A stretch of DNA of 64,000 nucleotides from a bacterium (GCA_965261595.1 CBDHDG010000006.1:544001-608000); one strand, 5' to 3'. Counted from the first letter of the stretch, positions 13,323 through 25,389 are shown. Numbers and translations are program-made. Notes: generated from the sequence alone by a model not told the origin.

Positions 13323-14633
13323 TTGGCGGATCTCCCCGGATTGAGCCTGACGATTTCGACCCAAGAGAAAGCTGTCCGGACCCTCCGGCCCACGGTCGCG
13401 CGGATCGACCTGGACGCCGTGGCCCGGAACACCGCCCGGGTGCGCTCGCTCCTCGGCCGATCCACGAAGCTCCTGGCCGTCGTCAAGGCGGACGGCTACG
13501 GCCACGGGGCCGCGGAGATCGCCGGCGCCGCCGTCGCCGCCGGGGCCGAGATGCTGGGCGTTGGGGTGGTGGAGGAGGGATGGGAGCTCCGGCGGGCCGG
13601 TGTGGCCTCGCCCATCCTGGTCCTGGCCGGCGCCCTGGCTGAGCAGGCCCCGTCCTTGGCGGCGGGCGGGTTTCACGTGGTCCTCTGCGACGCCTCCCTG
13701 GCCGAAGCCCTGTCGGCGGCGGGCCACGCGGCGGGGCGGCGGATCCCCGTCCACGTCAAGGTGGACACGGGAATGGGCAGATTGGGGGTCCAGCCGGGCG
13801 AGGCGGCCGATTTCCTGTCGTTTCTCTCGGACCTGGACGGGATCGAGGTCCGGGGGTTGATGTCCCATTTCGCCGACGCCGAGGACCCCGAAGGCGGCTC
13901 GGACCGCCAGATGGATTCTTTCCTCGGCCTGGTGGAATCCCTTCGGACCCGGGCCCTGTGGCCGGAGCCCGGAGGGGGGGGGGGGGATTCGCCGATTCTG
14001 CATTGCGCCAACAGCGCGGCGGCGCTCTCCTTGCCGGGGTCCCGGCTTGACATGGCGAGGGTGGGGATCCTGCTCCTGGGCGCGGCCCCGTGGGCCGGCC
14101 GGCCCATCGAGGGTTACTCCCCCGCGATGTCGTGGAACAGCCGCGTCGTCCACATCAACGAGGCCGAATCCGACCGGACCGTGGGTTACGGCCGGACGCA
14201 CCGGATGTCCGGCCCAAGCCGGCTGGCCATCGTCCCCATGGGCTATGCGGACGGGTATCCGCGAATTCTCAGCAACAAGGCGGACGTCCTGGTGCGCGGA
14301 CGGAGGGCCCCGGTCATCGGGGCGGTTTCCATGGACATGTTGACCGTCTCTGTCACCCACCTCCCGGACGTCTCGGTGGGCGACGAGGTCGTCCTCCTGG
14401 GCGCGCAGAGGGGGGGGGGGGAGGAGGGGGGGGGAGGCGAGCGGGTCACCGCCGAGGAGCTGGCCGAGTTGGCGGACTCCGTCCCCTATGAGATCCTCTG
14501 CGGTTTGTCCCGGCGGGTCCCCCGGGTGTATCTGGAGGGAGGCCGCGCCGTTCGCACCACCTATCCGGACGCCCTCTTTCCCGAAGGGGCGCTTCCGGAG
14601 CCGGACGCCGGTCCGGAGCGCTTGACGTTGTAG
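13323..14633 (+). CDS. alr: Alanine racemase
   Basis: AVVKADGYGHG, HVKVDTGMGRLG, SHFA, GYADGY, VSMDM; start uncertain. Confidence 0.93.
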   Translation: MADLPGLSLTISTQEKAVRTLRPTVARIDLDAVARNTARVRSLLGRSTKLLAVVKADGYGHGAAEIAGAAVAAGAEMLGVGVVEEGWELRRAGVASPILVLAGALAEQAPSLAAGGFHVVLCDASLAEALSAAGHAAGRRIPVHVKVDTGMGRLGVQPGEAADFLSFLSDLDGIEVRGLMSHFADAEDPEGGSDRQMDSFLGLVESLRTRALWPEPGGGGGDSPILHCANSAAALSLPGSRLDMARVGILLLGAAPWAGRPIEGYSPAMSWNSRVVHINEAESDRTVGYGRTHRMSGPSRLAIVPMGYADGYPRILSNKADVLVRGRRAPVIGAVSMDMLTVSVTHLPDVSVGDEVVLLGAQRGGGEEGGGGERVTAEELAELADSVPYEILCGLSRRVPRVYLEGGRAVRTTYPDALFPEGALPEPDAGPERLTL

Positions 14634-14724
14634 GCGCGGCGGCCCCCGGGTCCGTGCGCGATGAAACAGAGACCTCGGCCCGTCCGGCAGAGCGGACCCG
14701 CCGCTGGAAGAAGGGAGCGCCCTC

Positions 14725-15486
14725 ATGTCCGATGATGTCGTCATTCGCGTCCGCAACCTCCATCGCGCTTTCAACGGCCAGCAGGTGCTGGCGGGGGTGG
14801 ACTTGGACGTGCCGCACGGCGGGACGACGGTGGTCATCGGAAGGTCCGGCATCGGCAAGAGCGTTCTCCTGAAGCACATCATCGGCCTCATGAAACCCGA
14901 TGAAGGGAAAATCTGGATCGACGGCGAGGATGTCACGCCTTTGCCCATCAAAGAGATGGACCACGTCCGCCGGAAGTTCGGCATGCTGTTTCAGAACGCG
15001 GCCCTGTTCGACTCGATGAACGTTTTCGATAACGTCGCCTTCCCCCTGCGGGAGCACACCCGGTTGGACCGCGGGGAGATCGAAGATCGGGTCCGCGAAA
15101 AGCTTCGGCTGGTGGGCCTGGACGGGGCGGAGCACAAGATGCCTTCCGATCTCTCCGGCGGGATGCGCAAGCGCGTGGGCCTGGCCCGGGCGATTGCCCT
15201 GGACCCCCCCATCATCCTCTACGACGAGCCGACCACGGGGCTGGACCCCATCCTGTGCGACACGATCGACCGGCTCATCATGCGGATGCAGGAAGAGCTC
15301 GACGTGACCTCCGTGGTCATCAGCCACGACATCGAGGGGGCCTTCAAGATCGGCGACCGCATCGCCATGCTGCACGACGGCCGGATCCGGGCCTCCGGGA
15401 CGCCCGAGGAAATCAGGAACACGGAAGACCCCGTCGTCCGGCAGTTCATCACCGGAAGCGCCGACGGCCCCATCCAGGTCGTGTAA
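14725..15486 (+). CDS. ABC transporter ATP-binding protein, MlaF/Ttg2A family
   Basis: GRSGIGKS, FQNAALFDSMNVFDNVAFPLRE, LSGGMRKRVGLARA, YDEPTTGLDP, DPVVRQFITG. Confidence 0.85.
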   Translation: MSDDVVIRVRNLHRAFNGQQVLAGVDLDVPHGGTTVVIGRSGIGKSVLLKHIIGLMKPDEGKIWIDGEDVTPLPIKEMDHVRRKFGMLFQNAALFDSMNVFDNVAFPLREHTRLDRGEIEDRVREKLRLVGLDGAEHKMPSDLSGGMRKRVGLARAIALDPPIILYDEPTTGLDPILCDTIDRLIMRMQEELDVTSVVISHDIEGAFKIGDRIAMLHDGRIRASGTPEEIRNTEDPVVRQFITGSADGPIQVV

Positions 15487-16650
<1,164 letters not shown>

Positions 16651-16774
16651 GCGGAAGAAGGCGGGGGGCTGTGAGCGGCCCGTCCCGATTGACACCCGGA
16701 GGCTTGTCTGATAGTTAAGTACGGTTTCCATGAATGCCGCCGGGACGAACAGCGGCTGATGAGGAGATTGACCA

Positions 16775-17152
16775 GTGTGGGTTGATACAGCATATGCGCT
16801 CGGTGGAGGGCCCGGAGGCGGCGGGCCCGGTGGTGGCGGTTTCGGGCAGATGATCGTCGTTTTCGGCATGATCTTCGCCATCATGTATTTCCTGATGATC
16901 CGCCCGCAGCAGAAGAAACAGGCCGAACACCGGAGGATGCTGGACGGACTGGGCCCGGGCGATCAAGTGTTGACCTCCGGAGGGCTCTTCGGGATCGTCT
17001 CCAAGATCCGGGAAGACAAGGTCTGGCTCGATATCGCGGAAAACGTTCGCGTTCGCGTCCAGCGGTCCAACATCTCCTCGGTGGTCGGCAAAGGCGGCGG
17101 GCCGAAGTCCAAAGACGGCGGCGACAAGGATGAGGACAATGACGACGAGTAG
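16775..17152 (+). CDS. yajC: Preprotein translocase subunit YajC
   Basis: YFLMIRPQQKK..GDQVLTSGGLFG; tgt-yajC-secD-secF order. Confidence 0.95.
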   Translation: MWVDTAYALGGGPGGGGPGGGGFGQMIVVFGMIFAIMYFLMIRPQQKKQAEHRRMLDGLGPGDQVLTSGGLFGIVSKIREDKVWLDIAENVRVRVQRSNISSVVGKGGGPKSKDGGDKDEDNDDE

Positions 17153-17370
17153 GGCAGCGTCCTTCCCGCTCCGCCGCTAACGGGCGGGGGGGGGGGGGGG
17201 GGAGAAAACGCAGCCGCTCATTTTCCGCTCCGTCCCAGGCGAAGCGGGGGTGCCTCGCCATTCCGGGCCGGGATCCACACCGGCCCGTCCTTTTTGATGG
17301 ATTCCCCTGTTTTTCATGACTTGTCGCGCCCATCATTTTTCAGACCGATACGGAGTGTGAGGCCGGGACC

Positions 17371-18912
17371 ATGAAATCGCCGTTCGCCTGGAAGATTGGG
17401 CTCATCGTCTTGGTGCTGACCGCTTCGCTCTGGTACGCCCTGCCCCTGAACAAGACCATCAAGCTGGGACTGGACCTCCAGGGCGGGATGCACCTCGTCC
17501 TCGAGGTCGAGGCCGAAAAAGCCATCGAAGGCTCGATGGAGCGCGCCTTCGGCGAGATCCGCGGCCGCCTGAACCGAAAAGGCGTTAAATACGTAAATTT
17601 CTCGCGCGAGGGCGACGTCCTGAAGGTTACGCTGCCGGAAAAGGGGGACCTCCAGAAAGTCTCGACCGTGGTTCAGGGCTTCCCCGACCTCCGGATGAAT
17701 CGCGAAAAGGGGAACACCCACCTCATCGAGATGGCCTCCGAGGCCAAGGACCGGGTGAAGGACCTGGCCGTCCGCCAGGCGCTTGAAACCATGCGAAACC
17801 GGATTGACCAGTTCGGCGTGTCCGAGCCCAGCCTCATCCGGCAGGGGGACCGTCGGCTCGTCATCCAGCTTCCGGGCATCAAGGACCCGGAGCGGGCCAA
17901 GCGCCTCATCGGCCAAACGGCCCTGCTGGAGTTCAAGCTGGTGGACGAGCGGAACAGCGTCGAGGACGCGCTCGCGGGCCGCGTCCCGCCCGGCAGCGAG
18001 ATCCTCTACCAGCCGGTCATCAACCGGAAAACCCGCAAGGTTGAGCGCCGAACCCCCTTCCTGCTCAAGCGCCGGACCGTTTTGACAGGGAACTCCCTGG
18101 TGGACGCGCGCGTGGAATTCGGCCAGTTCAGCCAGCCGCAGGTTTCCGTCCGGTTCGACGGCCGGGGGTCGCGGATTTTCGACCGGATCACCTCCGCCAA
18201 CGTCGGCAAACGCCTCGCCATCGTCCTGGACAAGCGCATCTACTCGGCCCCCGTGATTCAGGAACGCATCAGCGGGGGGAACGCGATCATCTCCGGGAGT
18301 TTCTCCGATGAAGAGGCCCGCGACCTGGCCATCGTCCTGCGGGCGGGCGCCCTGCCGGCCCCGGTGAAGATCCTCGAGGAGCGGACGGTGGGCCCCTCGC
18401 TCGGGCGGGACTCGATCCGCGCGGGGATCATCGCGATCATTGTCGGCGGCATCGTGGTTCTCATCTTCATGGTGGTCTACTACAAGCTTGCGGGATTCCT
18501 GGCCGACCTGGCCCTGGTCCTGAACCTGGTCATCATCATGGGGGTCCTGGCGGGATTCGGCGCCACGCTGACCCTGCCCGGAATCGCCGGGCTGATCCTC
18601 ACCGTGGGCATGGCCGTGGACGCCAACGTCCTGATCTTCGAGCGCATCCGGGAGGAGCTCCGCCTGGGAAAGACGATCCGGGCGGCGGTGGACCAGGGCT
18701 ACGGCCGGGCCTTCCTCACCATTCTGGACGCTAACGTAACGACCCTGATCGCGGCGCTCGTCCTCCTTCAATTCGGGACCGGTCCGGTCCGGGGGTTCGC
18801 CGTCACGCTCGCGGTCGGAATTCTGGCCAGCATGTTCACCGCCGTCTTCGTGACCCGGGTGGTGTTCGATGGGGTCCTGAGCCGCCGCGAGGTGCGCGCG
18901 CTCAGCATTTAG
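17371..18912 (+). CDS. secD: Protein translocase subunit SecD
   Basis: LGLDLQGG, RIDQFGVSEP, LRAGALPAP, VGPSLG, GMAVDANVLIFERIREE. Confidence 0.97.
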   Translation: MKSPFAWKIGLIVLVLTASLWYALPLNKTIKLGLDLQGGMHLVLEVEAEKAIEGSMERAFGEIRGRLNRKGVKYVNFSREGDVLKVTLPEKGDLQKVSTVVQGFPDLRMNREKGNTHLIEMASEAKDRVKDLAVRQALETMRNRIDQFGVSEPSLIRQGDRRLVIQLPGIKDPERAKRLIGQTALLEFKLVDERNSVEDALAGRVPPGSEILYQPVINRKTRKVERRTPFLLKRRTVLTGNSLVDARVEFGQFSQPQVSVRFDGRGSRIFDRITSANVGKRLAIVLDKRIYSAPVIQERISGGNAIISGSFSDEEARDLAIVLRAGALPAPVKILEERTVGPSLGRDSIRAGIIAIIVGGIVVLIFMVVYYKLAGFLADLALVLNLVIIMGVLAGFGATLTLPGIAGLILTVGMAVDANVLIFERIREELRLGKTIRAAVDQGYGRAFLTILDANVTTLIAALVLLQFGTGPVRGFAVTLAVGILASMFTAVFVTRVVFDGVLSRREVRALSI

Positions 18913-18931
18913 GAGCATAGAGGAAACCGCC

Positions 18932-19864
18932 GTGCAGTTCTTCAACCCCGACTCTAGAATCAATTTCATCGGATTGCGCAAGCAGGCCCTCGTGCTTTCG
19001 AGCGTGGCGATTCTGGTGGGGGTCGCGGCGCTCCTCTTCCGAGGCGGGCCGAACTACGGGATCGATTTCCTCGGGGGAACGATGGTCCAGGTCCGGTTTG
19101 AGTCGCCCAAGCCGATCGGTCTCGTCCGGGAGGCCATGGGAAAGCTGAGCGTCGGTGAGGTCGTGGTTCAGGAGTTCGGGGATCCGCGGGAGGTTCTGAT
19201 CCGCGTCGAGAAGTCCAACGTGGAGGTGAGCGAGCTGTCGGGACTCATCCGGAAGACCCTGGCCGAGACGTTCGGCGGAAAGGACGCCTTCGAAGTGCGG
19301 CGCGTGGAATCGGTCGGCCCCACCGTGGGCGCGGACCTCAGGCGGAAAGCCCTGCTGGCCATGCTCTACGCGATGGTCGGGATCCTGATTTACATCTCGT
19401 GGCGCTTCGAGTTCCGGTTCGCCGTCGCCGCCATCGCCGCCCTGGCGCACGACATCCTGATCACCATCTCGGCCTTCGCCGTCCTGGACCTGGAATTCAC
19501 GCTTCCGGTCATCGCGGCGATCCTGACCATCATCGGCTACTCGCTGAACGACACCATCGTCGTGTTCGACCGCATCCGCGAGAACCTGAAAGGCCTCCGC
19601 AAGGAGTCCATCGGAGAGCTGATCAACATCAGCATCAACCAGACGATCAGCCGGACAATCCTCACGTCGGGAACAACGCTGTTCGTCGTCCTGGCGCTTT
19701 ATTTCTACGGGGGCGAGGTCATCCGGGGGTTCACCTTCGCGCTTCTGGTCGGCATCCTCGCCGGGACGTATTCCTCGATCTACATCGCCGCGCCCATCAT
19801 CCTCGCCTGGACGCCGGCCTCTGCCACCGCCACGTCCCTCCGGAAGCGGAAAAAAGGCGCGTAA
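18932..19864 (+). CDS. secF: Protein translocase subunit SecF
   Basis: GIDFLGG, VGPTVG, HD, GYSLNDTIVVFDRIRE, GTYSSIYIA. Confidence 0.97.
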   Translation: MQFFNPDSRINFIGLRKQALVLSSVAILVGVAALLFRGGPNYGIDFLGGTMVQVRFESPKPIGLVREAMGKLSVGEVVVQEFGDPREVLIRVEKSNVEVSELSGLIRKTLAETFGGKDAFEVRRVESVGPTVGADLRRKALLAMLYAMVGILIYISWRFEFRFAVAAIAALAHDILITISAFAVLDLEFTLPVIAAILTIIGYSLNDTIVVFDRIRENLKGLRKESIGELINISINQTISRTILTSGTTLFVVLALYFYGGEVIRGFTFALLVGILAGTYSSIYIAAPIILAWTPASATATSLRKRKKGA

Positions 19865-19946
19865 TCCGCGCGGGATATAAAGCTTTCGAGGGAGAGCGGG
19901 GCGACAGACCCAAGCGGGCCGCGTCTCAAAACGTCGCCAAGAAAAT

Positions 19947-21167
19947 TTATTCCTCTTGCGGTTTTTCACCCTCAACCGCCGCGCGCATCATCAGGCGCAG
20001 GGCGTTGAGGCGGATGAATCCCTCCGCGTGGCGCTGATCGTAGACCTCATCGGCTTCGAACGTGGCGTGCTCACCGCTGTAGAGGGAGCGGGGGGCCTTC
20101 CGGCCGACGACCGCGCACGAGCCCTTGAACAGCTTCACCCGGGCCGTCCCCGTGACGGTCTCCGCCGCCTTGTCCACCGCCGCCTGGAGCATCTCCCGCT
20201 CGGGCGCAAACCAGAAACCGTAGTAGACCTGCTCGGCGTATTTCGGCATGAGCTGATCGCGCAGGTGTAGGGCCTCCCGGTCCAGGACGATGGACTCCAG
20301 CCCCGAGCGCGCGGCGTGCAGGAGGGTCCCGCCCGGGGTCTCGTAGACCCCCCTCGACTTGATGCCGACGAAGCGGTTCTCCACCAGATCGGCCCGACCG
20401 ATTCCGTGCGCGCCCGCCAGGACGTTGAGCCGGGCCAGGAGGCTCCCCGGCGTATACGCCTCGCCGTTCACGGCCACCGGGTCGCCCCGCTCGAACTCGA
20501 TCTCGACGTACTCGGGCTTTTCGGGGGCCTTCTCGGGCGAGACCGTCAGGACGTACATGTCCTCCGGGGCCTCGGACCAGGGATCCTCCAGGATGCCGCC
20601 CTCGAAGCTGAGGTGGAGGAGATTGCGGTCCGTGCTGTAGGGCCTTGCCTTCGTGACGGGGACCGGGATGCCGTGGGACTTGGCGTAGGCGATGAGGTCC
20701 TCCCGGCCCTTGAAGTCCCATTCCCGCCAGGGGGCGATGATCCGGATCTTCGGATCGACGGCCAGGTAGGTCAGCTCGAAGCGGACCTGGTCGTTGCCTT
20801 TGCCGGTGGCCCCGTGCGCGACGGCGTCGGCCCCGACGCGGCGGGCGAGGTCCATCTGGGCCTTGGCGATGAGGGGCCGGGCGATGGATGTCCCCAGCAG
20901 GTATCCCCCCTCGTAGACGGCCCCCGCGCGGATGATGGGGAAAACGTAGTCCCGGACGAACTCCTCCCGGAGGTCCTCCACGAAACATTCCTCCGCCCCG
21001 GTCTTCAGGGCCTTTTCGCGGACGGCCTCCAGATCCTCCCCCTGGCCGACGTCCGCGACGAAGGCGACGACCGGGCATCCGTAGGTCTCCCGGAGCCACT
21101 GGATGATGACCGAAGTGTCGAGCCCGCCCGAGTAGGCCAGGACGATCTTGTTCACGTCTTTGCTCAA
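19947..21167 (-). CDS. argG: Argininosuccinate synthase
   Basis: [41 protein letters not shown]. Confidence 0.97.
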   Translation of the reverse strand: MSKDVNKIVLAYSGGLDTSVIIQWLRETYGCPVVAFVADVGQGEDLEAVREKALKTGAEECFVEDLREEFVRDYVFPIIRAGAVYEGGYLLGTSIARPLIAKAQMDLARRVGADAVAHGATGKGNDQVRFELTYLAVDPKIRIIAPWREWDFKGREDLIAYAKSHGIPVPVTKARPYSTDRNLLHLSFEGGILEDPWSEAPEDMYVLTVSPEKAPEKPEYVEIEFERGDPVAVNGEAYTPGSLLARLNVLAGAHGIGRADLVENRFVGIKSRGVYETPGGTLLHAARSGLESIVLDREALHLRDQLMPKYAEQVYYGFWFAPEREMLQAAVDKAAETVTGTARVKLFKGSCAVVGRKAPRSLYSGEHATFEADEVYDQRHAEGFIRLNALRLMMRAAVEGEKPQEE

Positions 21168-21171
21168 GGCG

Positions 21172-22119
21172 TTATCCTTCTGATTTGCTGGCCATCAACG
21201 CAACAAGAATCCCCTTCTGGACGTGGAGCCGGTTTTCCGCCTGATCGAAGACGACGCTTTGCGGCCCGTCCATGACCTCGTCGGTGATCTCCTCGCCCCG
21301 GTGGGCGGGGAGGCAATGCATGACGATGGCCTCGGGATCGGCGGCGGCGAGGAGCCCGGCGTTGACCTGAAAGCCCTCGAACTTCGACAGCCGGGCCGCG
21401 CGCTCCTTCTCGGCCCCCATGCTGACCCAGGTGTCGGTATAAATCACATGGGCCTCCCGGACAGCCTCTTCGGGGTCGTTGCCGATCTCGATCTTCGCGC
21501 CGCTGGCGGACGCCAGGTCCCGGGCGCGGCGGATGATGTCCGGATTCGCCGGGTGAGCCTCCGGCGCGGCCAGGGAGAAGCGCAGACCCAGCTTTCCCGC
21601 CGCGAGAAGCCAGGAGTTGGCCACGTTGTTGCCGTCCCCCACATAGGCGATCCCGCAATCCGTCCATTCGGGGCCCCGCCCCCCGGGGAATCTCTGCCGG
21701 ATGGTGTAGAGATCGGCCAAGACCTGGCAGGGGTGTTCCAGATCCGTGAGGCCGTTGATCACCGGAACGGTCCCGAACTCCGCCAGACCCTCGACGTCGG
21801 CCGGGTCGAAGGTGCGGATCATGATCCCGTCCACGTATCGTGAGAGGACCCGGGCGGTGTCGGCGATGGTCTCCCCCCGGCCGATCTGGATCTCGTCCTC
21901 CCGAAGGATGATCGAATCCCCGCCCAGCTCCTTCATGCCCACGTGGAAGGAGATCCGGGTCCGGGTGGAGGGTTTGCGGAAGATCATGGCGAGCGTCTTG
22001 CCCCGAAGCGGGGCGACGGTCTTCCCCGAGCACCGGGCCTCCAAAAGCTCATCGACCCGCTCGAAGAGGGCGTGGACCTCCTCCGCGCTGATGTCGTCCA
22101 GGCTGACCAGATGCTTCAC
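21172..22119 (-). CDS. argF: Ornithine carbamoyltransferase
   Basis: [32 protein letters not shown]. Confidence 0.97.
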   Translation of the reverse strand: MKHLVSLDDISAEEVHALFERVDELLEARCSGKTVAPLRGKTLAMIFRKPSTRTRISFHVGMKELGGDSIILREDEIQIGRGETIADTARVLSRYVDGIMIRTFDPADVEGLAEFGTVPVINGLTDLEHPCQVLADLYTIRQRFPGGRGPEWTDCGIAYVGDGNNVANSWLLAAGKLGLRFSLAAPEAHPANPDIIRRARDLASASGAKIEIGNDPEEAVREAHVIYTDTWVSMGAEKERAARLSKFEGFQVNAGLLAAADPEAIVMHCLPAHRGEEITDEVMDGPQSVVFDQAENRLHVQKGILVALMASKSEG

Positions 22120-22137
22120 GAGTTGCCTTTCCGCCGC

Positions 22138-22219
22138 GGGGGGCGCTTTTTGAAAGGCGCCCCCCCCCCCGCAAAACTTTCATTAGTGCGATGGTGTGCT
22201 TCGCACACTATCGCAAAAA
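22138..22219 (-). repeat. REP-like element, family A copy 1
   Basis: On - strand: TTGCGATAGTGTGC-GAA-GCACACCATCGCA hairpin, then AATGAAAGTTTTGCGGGGGG, then GGGGCGCC-TTTCAAAAA-GCGCCCC; same layout as at 22355 and 43884. Confidence 0.7.
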
Positions 22220-22220
22220 C

Positions 22221-22340
22221 TGGCATATTGGCCGGATGCTGCGGCCGCCGAAGACACGCAAGTGTCGTAGGCGGACGGGCATCCGGTCAACGACTGACGC
22301 CGTCGATGGGCCACAGACAAACAGTCCTGTTTACCTGACA
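22221..22340 (+). ncRNA. Candidate structured RNA/ssDNA element of unknown family
   Basis: 13-bp stem 22228-22240/22278-22290 with G-U pairs, nested CCGCC/GGCGG, GACAC-GCAA-GTGTC GNRA hairpin, further small hairpins. Confidence 0.35.
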
Positions 22341-22354
22341 CCCACCCCCAGCAA

Positions 22355-22428
22355 GGCCCGGCTTTGCCGGGCCGCAAAAAGTTTTTCGGGGGGTCCAGGG
22401 GGGCGGTTTTTCAAAAAAGCCCCCCTGG
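22355..22428 (+). repeat. REP-like element, family A copy 2
   Basis: GGCCCGGC-TTT-GCCGGGCC hairpin, AAAAAGTTTTTCGGGGGG, CCAGGGGGGC...TTTCAAAAAA-GCCCCCCTGG stem. Confidence 0.7.
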
Positions 22429-22441
22429 AAGAACCTGTCCA

Positions 22442-23653
22442 TTATTTATCGCTCCCATTAATGCTTTTCCCGGGAAGGATCTCGTCCAGGAGGGCCAGGA
22501 GGCGGTCGATGTCGGCCTGGGTGATCGTCAAGGGCGGCAGGAACCGGAGGACGTTGCCCATCGTGCAGTTGATCAGGAACCCCCGCTCCATGGCCTGAAG
22601 GACGTAGTCCGGGCCGTCGTGGTCGAGCTCGACGCCGACGAGCAGGCCCCGGCCCCGAACCTCCCGGATGCAGGGATGGCCTTCCCGGAGGGTCTCCAGG
22701 CCGGAGGCGAGATAGGCCCCCATCTCCCGGCAGTTCTCCAGAAGCCCCCCTTCCGCCAGAACGTCCATGGCCGCCACACCCGCCGCCGTCGCCAGGTAAT
22801 TCCCCCCGAACGTGCTGGCGTGCGTGCCGGGGCCGAGGGCGGAGATATAGGGCTCCTTGGCCACCAGGGCCCCGATGGCCGTCCCCCCCGCCAGGGATTT
22901 GGCGAGGGTCATGGCGTCCGGCTCAACGCCGTCATGCTCATAGGCGAACAGCGTTCCCGTCCGGCCCATCCCCGTCTGAACCTCGTCGAAGATGAGGACC
23001 AGGTCCCGCTCGTCGCACAGCCGGCGCAGGCCGGCCAGGTAACCCTCGCCCGGGACGTTGACGCCCCCTTCCCCCTGGATCGGCTCCACCAGAATGGCGC
23101 ACGTCGCGTCGGTCACGGCGACCCCGGCGGCCTCCAGGTCGTCGAAGGGGACGTGGACGAATCCGGGAGAGGGCGGATAAAAGCCCTTGCTAAATTTCTC
23201 CTGTCCCGTGGCGGCGATGGTCGCCAGCGTCCGGCCGTGAAAGGAGTCCAGCATCGTGAGGATGTCGCCCCGGCCCTCGCCGTACTTGTCGAAACTGTAC
23301 TTGCGGGCCAGCTTGATGGCCGCCTCGTTGGCCTCGCCGCCGCTGTTGCAGAAAAAAACCTTATCGCCGAAGGAGGATTCCACCAGCCGCTTCGCCAGCT
23401 CGATCTGGGGCGGGATGTGGAACAGGTTCGAGGTGTGGATCAGCGTCCCCGCCTGCTCGCGGATGGCCTCGACCACTTTGGGGTGGCAGTGTCCCAGGTT
23501 GATGACCGCCAGGCCCGCGACGAAGTCGGTGTACTCCTTGCCGTCCGCGTCCCAGAGGCGGGTGTCCTTTCCCCGGACGGGGACCATGGCGTACCGGCCG
23601 TAGGTCTTGGCGACGTATTTTTCCGCTTCGCGGATGTAATCTTCGGTTGGCAT
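22442..23653 (-). CDS. argD: Acetylornithine aminotransferase
   Basis: NSGGEANEAAIKLAR, SFHGRT, EPIQGEGG, DEVQTGMGRTG, TLAKSLAGG; in arg cluster. Confidence 0.95.
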   Translation of the reverse strand: MPTEDYIREAEKYVAKTYGRYAMVPVRGKDTRLWDADGKEYTDFVAGLAVINLGHCHPKVVEAIREQAGTLIHTSNLFHIPPQIELAKRLVESSFGDKVFFCNSGGEANEAAIKLARKYSFDKYGEGRGDILTMLDSFHGRTLATIAATGQEKFSKGFYPPSPGFVHVPFDDLEAAGVAVTDATCAILVEPIQGEGGVNVPGEGYLAGLRRLCDERDLVLIFDEVQTGMGRTGTLFAYEHDGVEPDAMTLAKSLAGGTAIGALVAKEPYISALGPGTHASTFGGNYLATAAGVAAMDVLAEGGLLENCREMGAYLASGLETLREGHPCIREVRGRGLLVGVELDHDGPDYVLQAMERGFLINCTMGNVLRFLPPLTITQADIDRLLALLDEILPGKSINGSDK

Positions 23654-23715
23654 GTCGACCCCTTCCCTCTGTCCAAAGGCAAACGCCCGAGACAGGCGTC
23701 CCCGCTTGGCGCTTC

Positions 23716-24606
23716 TTATTCCCGCCGGTCCAGGACGATCTCCGTCCCGATCCCCTGGTCGGTGAAAACCTCCAGGAGGATCGAGTGGGGGACCCGGCCG
23801 TCGATGATGTGGGCCTTTCCGACCCCGGCCTCGAGGGCCCGCAGACAGGCGTCCGCCTTGGGCAACATTCCGCCGGCGATCACGCCCCGGCTCTGAAGGG
23901 ACAGAACCGTGTCTTTGTCCAAAGAGGTCAGGAGGCCGCCGTCATCGTCCTGGATCCCCGCAACGTCCGTCAGCACTACAATCTTCTCGGCCCGCAGGGC
24001 GCCCGCGATGTGTCCGGCGGCCGTATCCGCGTTGATGTTGTAAAGCGCGCCGTCTTCGCCGACGCCCATCGGGGCGACGACGGGGATGAATCCGCTTTCG
24101 GTCAAAAGCTCCAACAGGCCGGTCCGGACTTCCCGAATCTCTCCCACCATGCCCAAATCCGGCGGCTCGCCCTCCCAGCCGTCGGGGGGGTCGATCTGGA
24201 GCTTGCGGGTCTGAAGGGTTCCCCCGTCCACGCCGGAGAGCCCGACGGCGCGCCCGCCGTGCGCGTTGATCCAGCCGACGATCTCCTTGTTCACCTTGCC
24301 GCCCAAGACCATGGAGACAATATCCATCGTCTCCTTGTCGGTGACGCGGAGGCCCATGACGAACCGGGTCTCTTTGCCCTGGCGCTCCAGCACCTCGCCG
24401 ATTTGGGGGCCGCCGCCGTGGACGATGACCGTCCGGATGCCGATGTAGCTCAGAAGCGTTACGTCCTCGGCGAAGGATTCGCGCAGGTCCGCCTGGTCCA
24501 TGGCGGCCCCGCCGTATTTCACGACGACCGTCTTGCCGTGGAAGCGGCGGATGTAAGGCAGGGCCTGGACGAGGACGTTCGTCTTGTCGCCGGGTGTCAG
24601 GTTCAT
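23716..24606 (-). CDS. argB: Acetylglutamate kinase
   Basis: ALPYIRRFHGKTVVVKYGG, VHGGGPQI, NINADTAAG, GGMLPK, EVFTDQGIGT; start trimmed to ATG 24606 (uncertain). Confidence 0.95.
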   Translation of the reverse strand: MNLTPGDKTNVLVQALPYIRRFHGKTVVVKYGGAAMDQADLRESFAEDVTLLSYIGIRTVIVHGGGPQIGEVLERQGKETRFVMGLRVTDKETMDIVSMVLGGKVNKEIVGWINAHGGRAVGLSGVDGGTLQTRKLQIDPPDGWEGEPPDLGMVGEIREVRTGLLELLTESGFIPVVAPMGVGEDGALYNINADTAAGHIAGALRAEKIVVLTDVAGIQDDDGGLLTSLDKDTVLSLQSRGVIAGGMLPKADACLRALEAGVGKAHIIDGRVPHSILLEVFTDQGIGTEIVLDRRE

Positions 24607-24726
24607 CGCGCGGATCGCTCTCGCTGGGAATGGCCGGATCGAGTTCATCATTATGGACCCGGCCCGGCGGGGTTTCAACTGAATATGAAGGAAGAATCCC
24701 GAGAGAGGAGGTGCGGAGAGACGCCT

Positions 24727-25389
24727 TCAGTCGTCCAGAAGCGGAACGATTTCAGAAAGCAGCCGGACGGTCAGGGGGTGGTCGCCGGTCTCGGAATGTG
24801 AAAGCGACGCCTCTGAGCGCTTGATGAGGATTCCCCGCCACCCGGCCGCTTCGGCGGCCAAAACATCCTTTTCCAGGTTGTCCCCGACCATCGTCAAACG
24901 CTCCGGCCCCAGACCCAGGCGGTCGGCCGTCCACTGAAAGATTCTCGGGTCCGGCTTGAGAAGGCCGCATTCGAAAGAGTAGCACGTCACGTCGAAAAGG
25001 CCGGCGAGACCCATCTCGCGAATGAAATTCAGGCCGAAGGATTGGGTGTTGGTCAAAAGGGCGAGGCGGAAACGGGGACGCAATTCTCTCAAGACCGGCA
25101 GGACGCCGTCGAACAGCCGGGTGGAGCGATCGGCGCGCCGGAAGACCTCTACAAACGGCGCGGGGCTCGTCGGGGAAAGGCCCGCGGCCTCTTCCACGCG
25201 CCGGAGGGCCTCCTCGATCCCCGGGACCGGCTCGGCCATGTAGGCCCGCTCGATGAGGTCCCCCCAGTCCGGCCGGGACAAGACGCCCAGCCGCTCCGCC
25301 ATCCAGACGACCGGGTTGGGGGAGACGTCGGCATACGCCAGGGTGTTCCACAGGTCGAAGACAACGCCCCGGTTTCGTGGGTCGGTCAT
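24727..25389 (-). CDS. HAD-superfamily hydrolase
   Basis: FDLWNTL motif I, LLTN motif II, KPDPRIF, VGDN..KD. Confidence 0.85.
   Translation of the reverse strand: MTDPRNRGVVFDLWNTLAYADVSPNPVVWMAERLGVLSRPDWGDLIERAYMAEPVPGIEEALRRVEEAAGLSPTSPAPFVEVFRRADRSTRLFDGVLPVLRELRPRFRLALLTNTQSFGLNFIREMGLAGLFDVTCYSFECGLLKPDPRIFQWTADRLGLGPERLTMVGDNLEKDVLAAEAAGWRGILIKRSEASLSHSETGDHPLTVRLLSEIVPLLDD

Noticed and set aside
16689..16717. TTGACA promoter before yajC (similarly 35556-35561 before rng)
   Set aside because: Perfect -35 but no convincing -10 at 16-18 bp spacing, so not listed as features.
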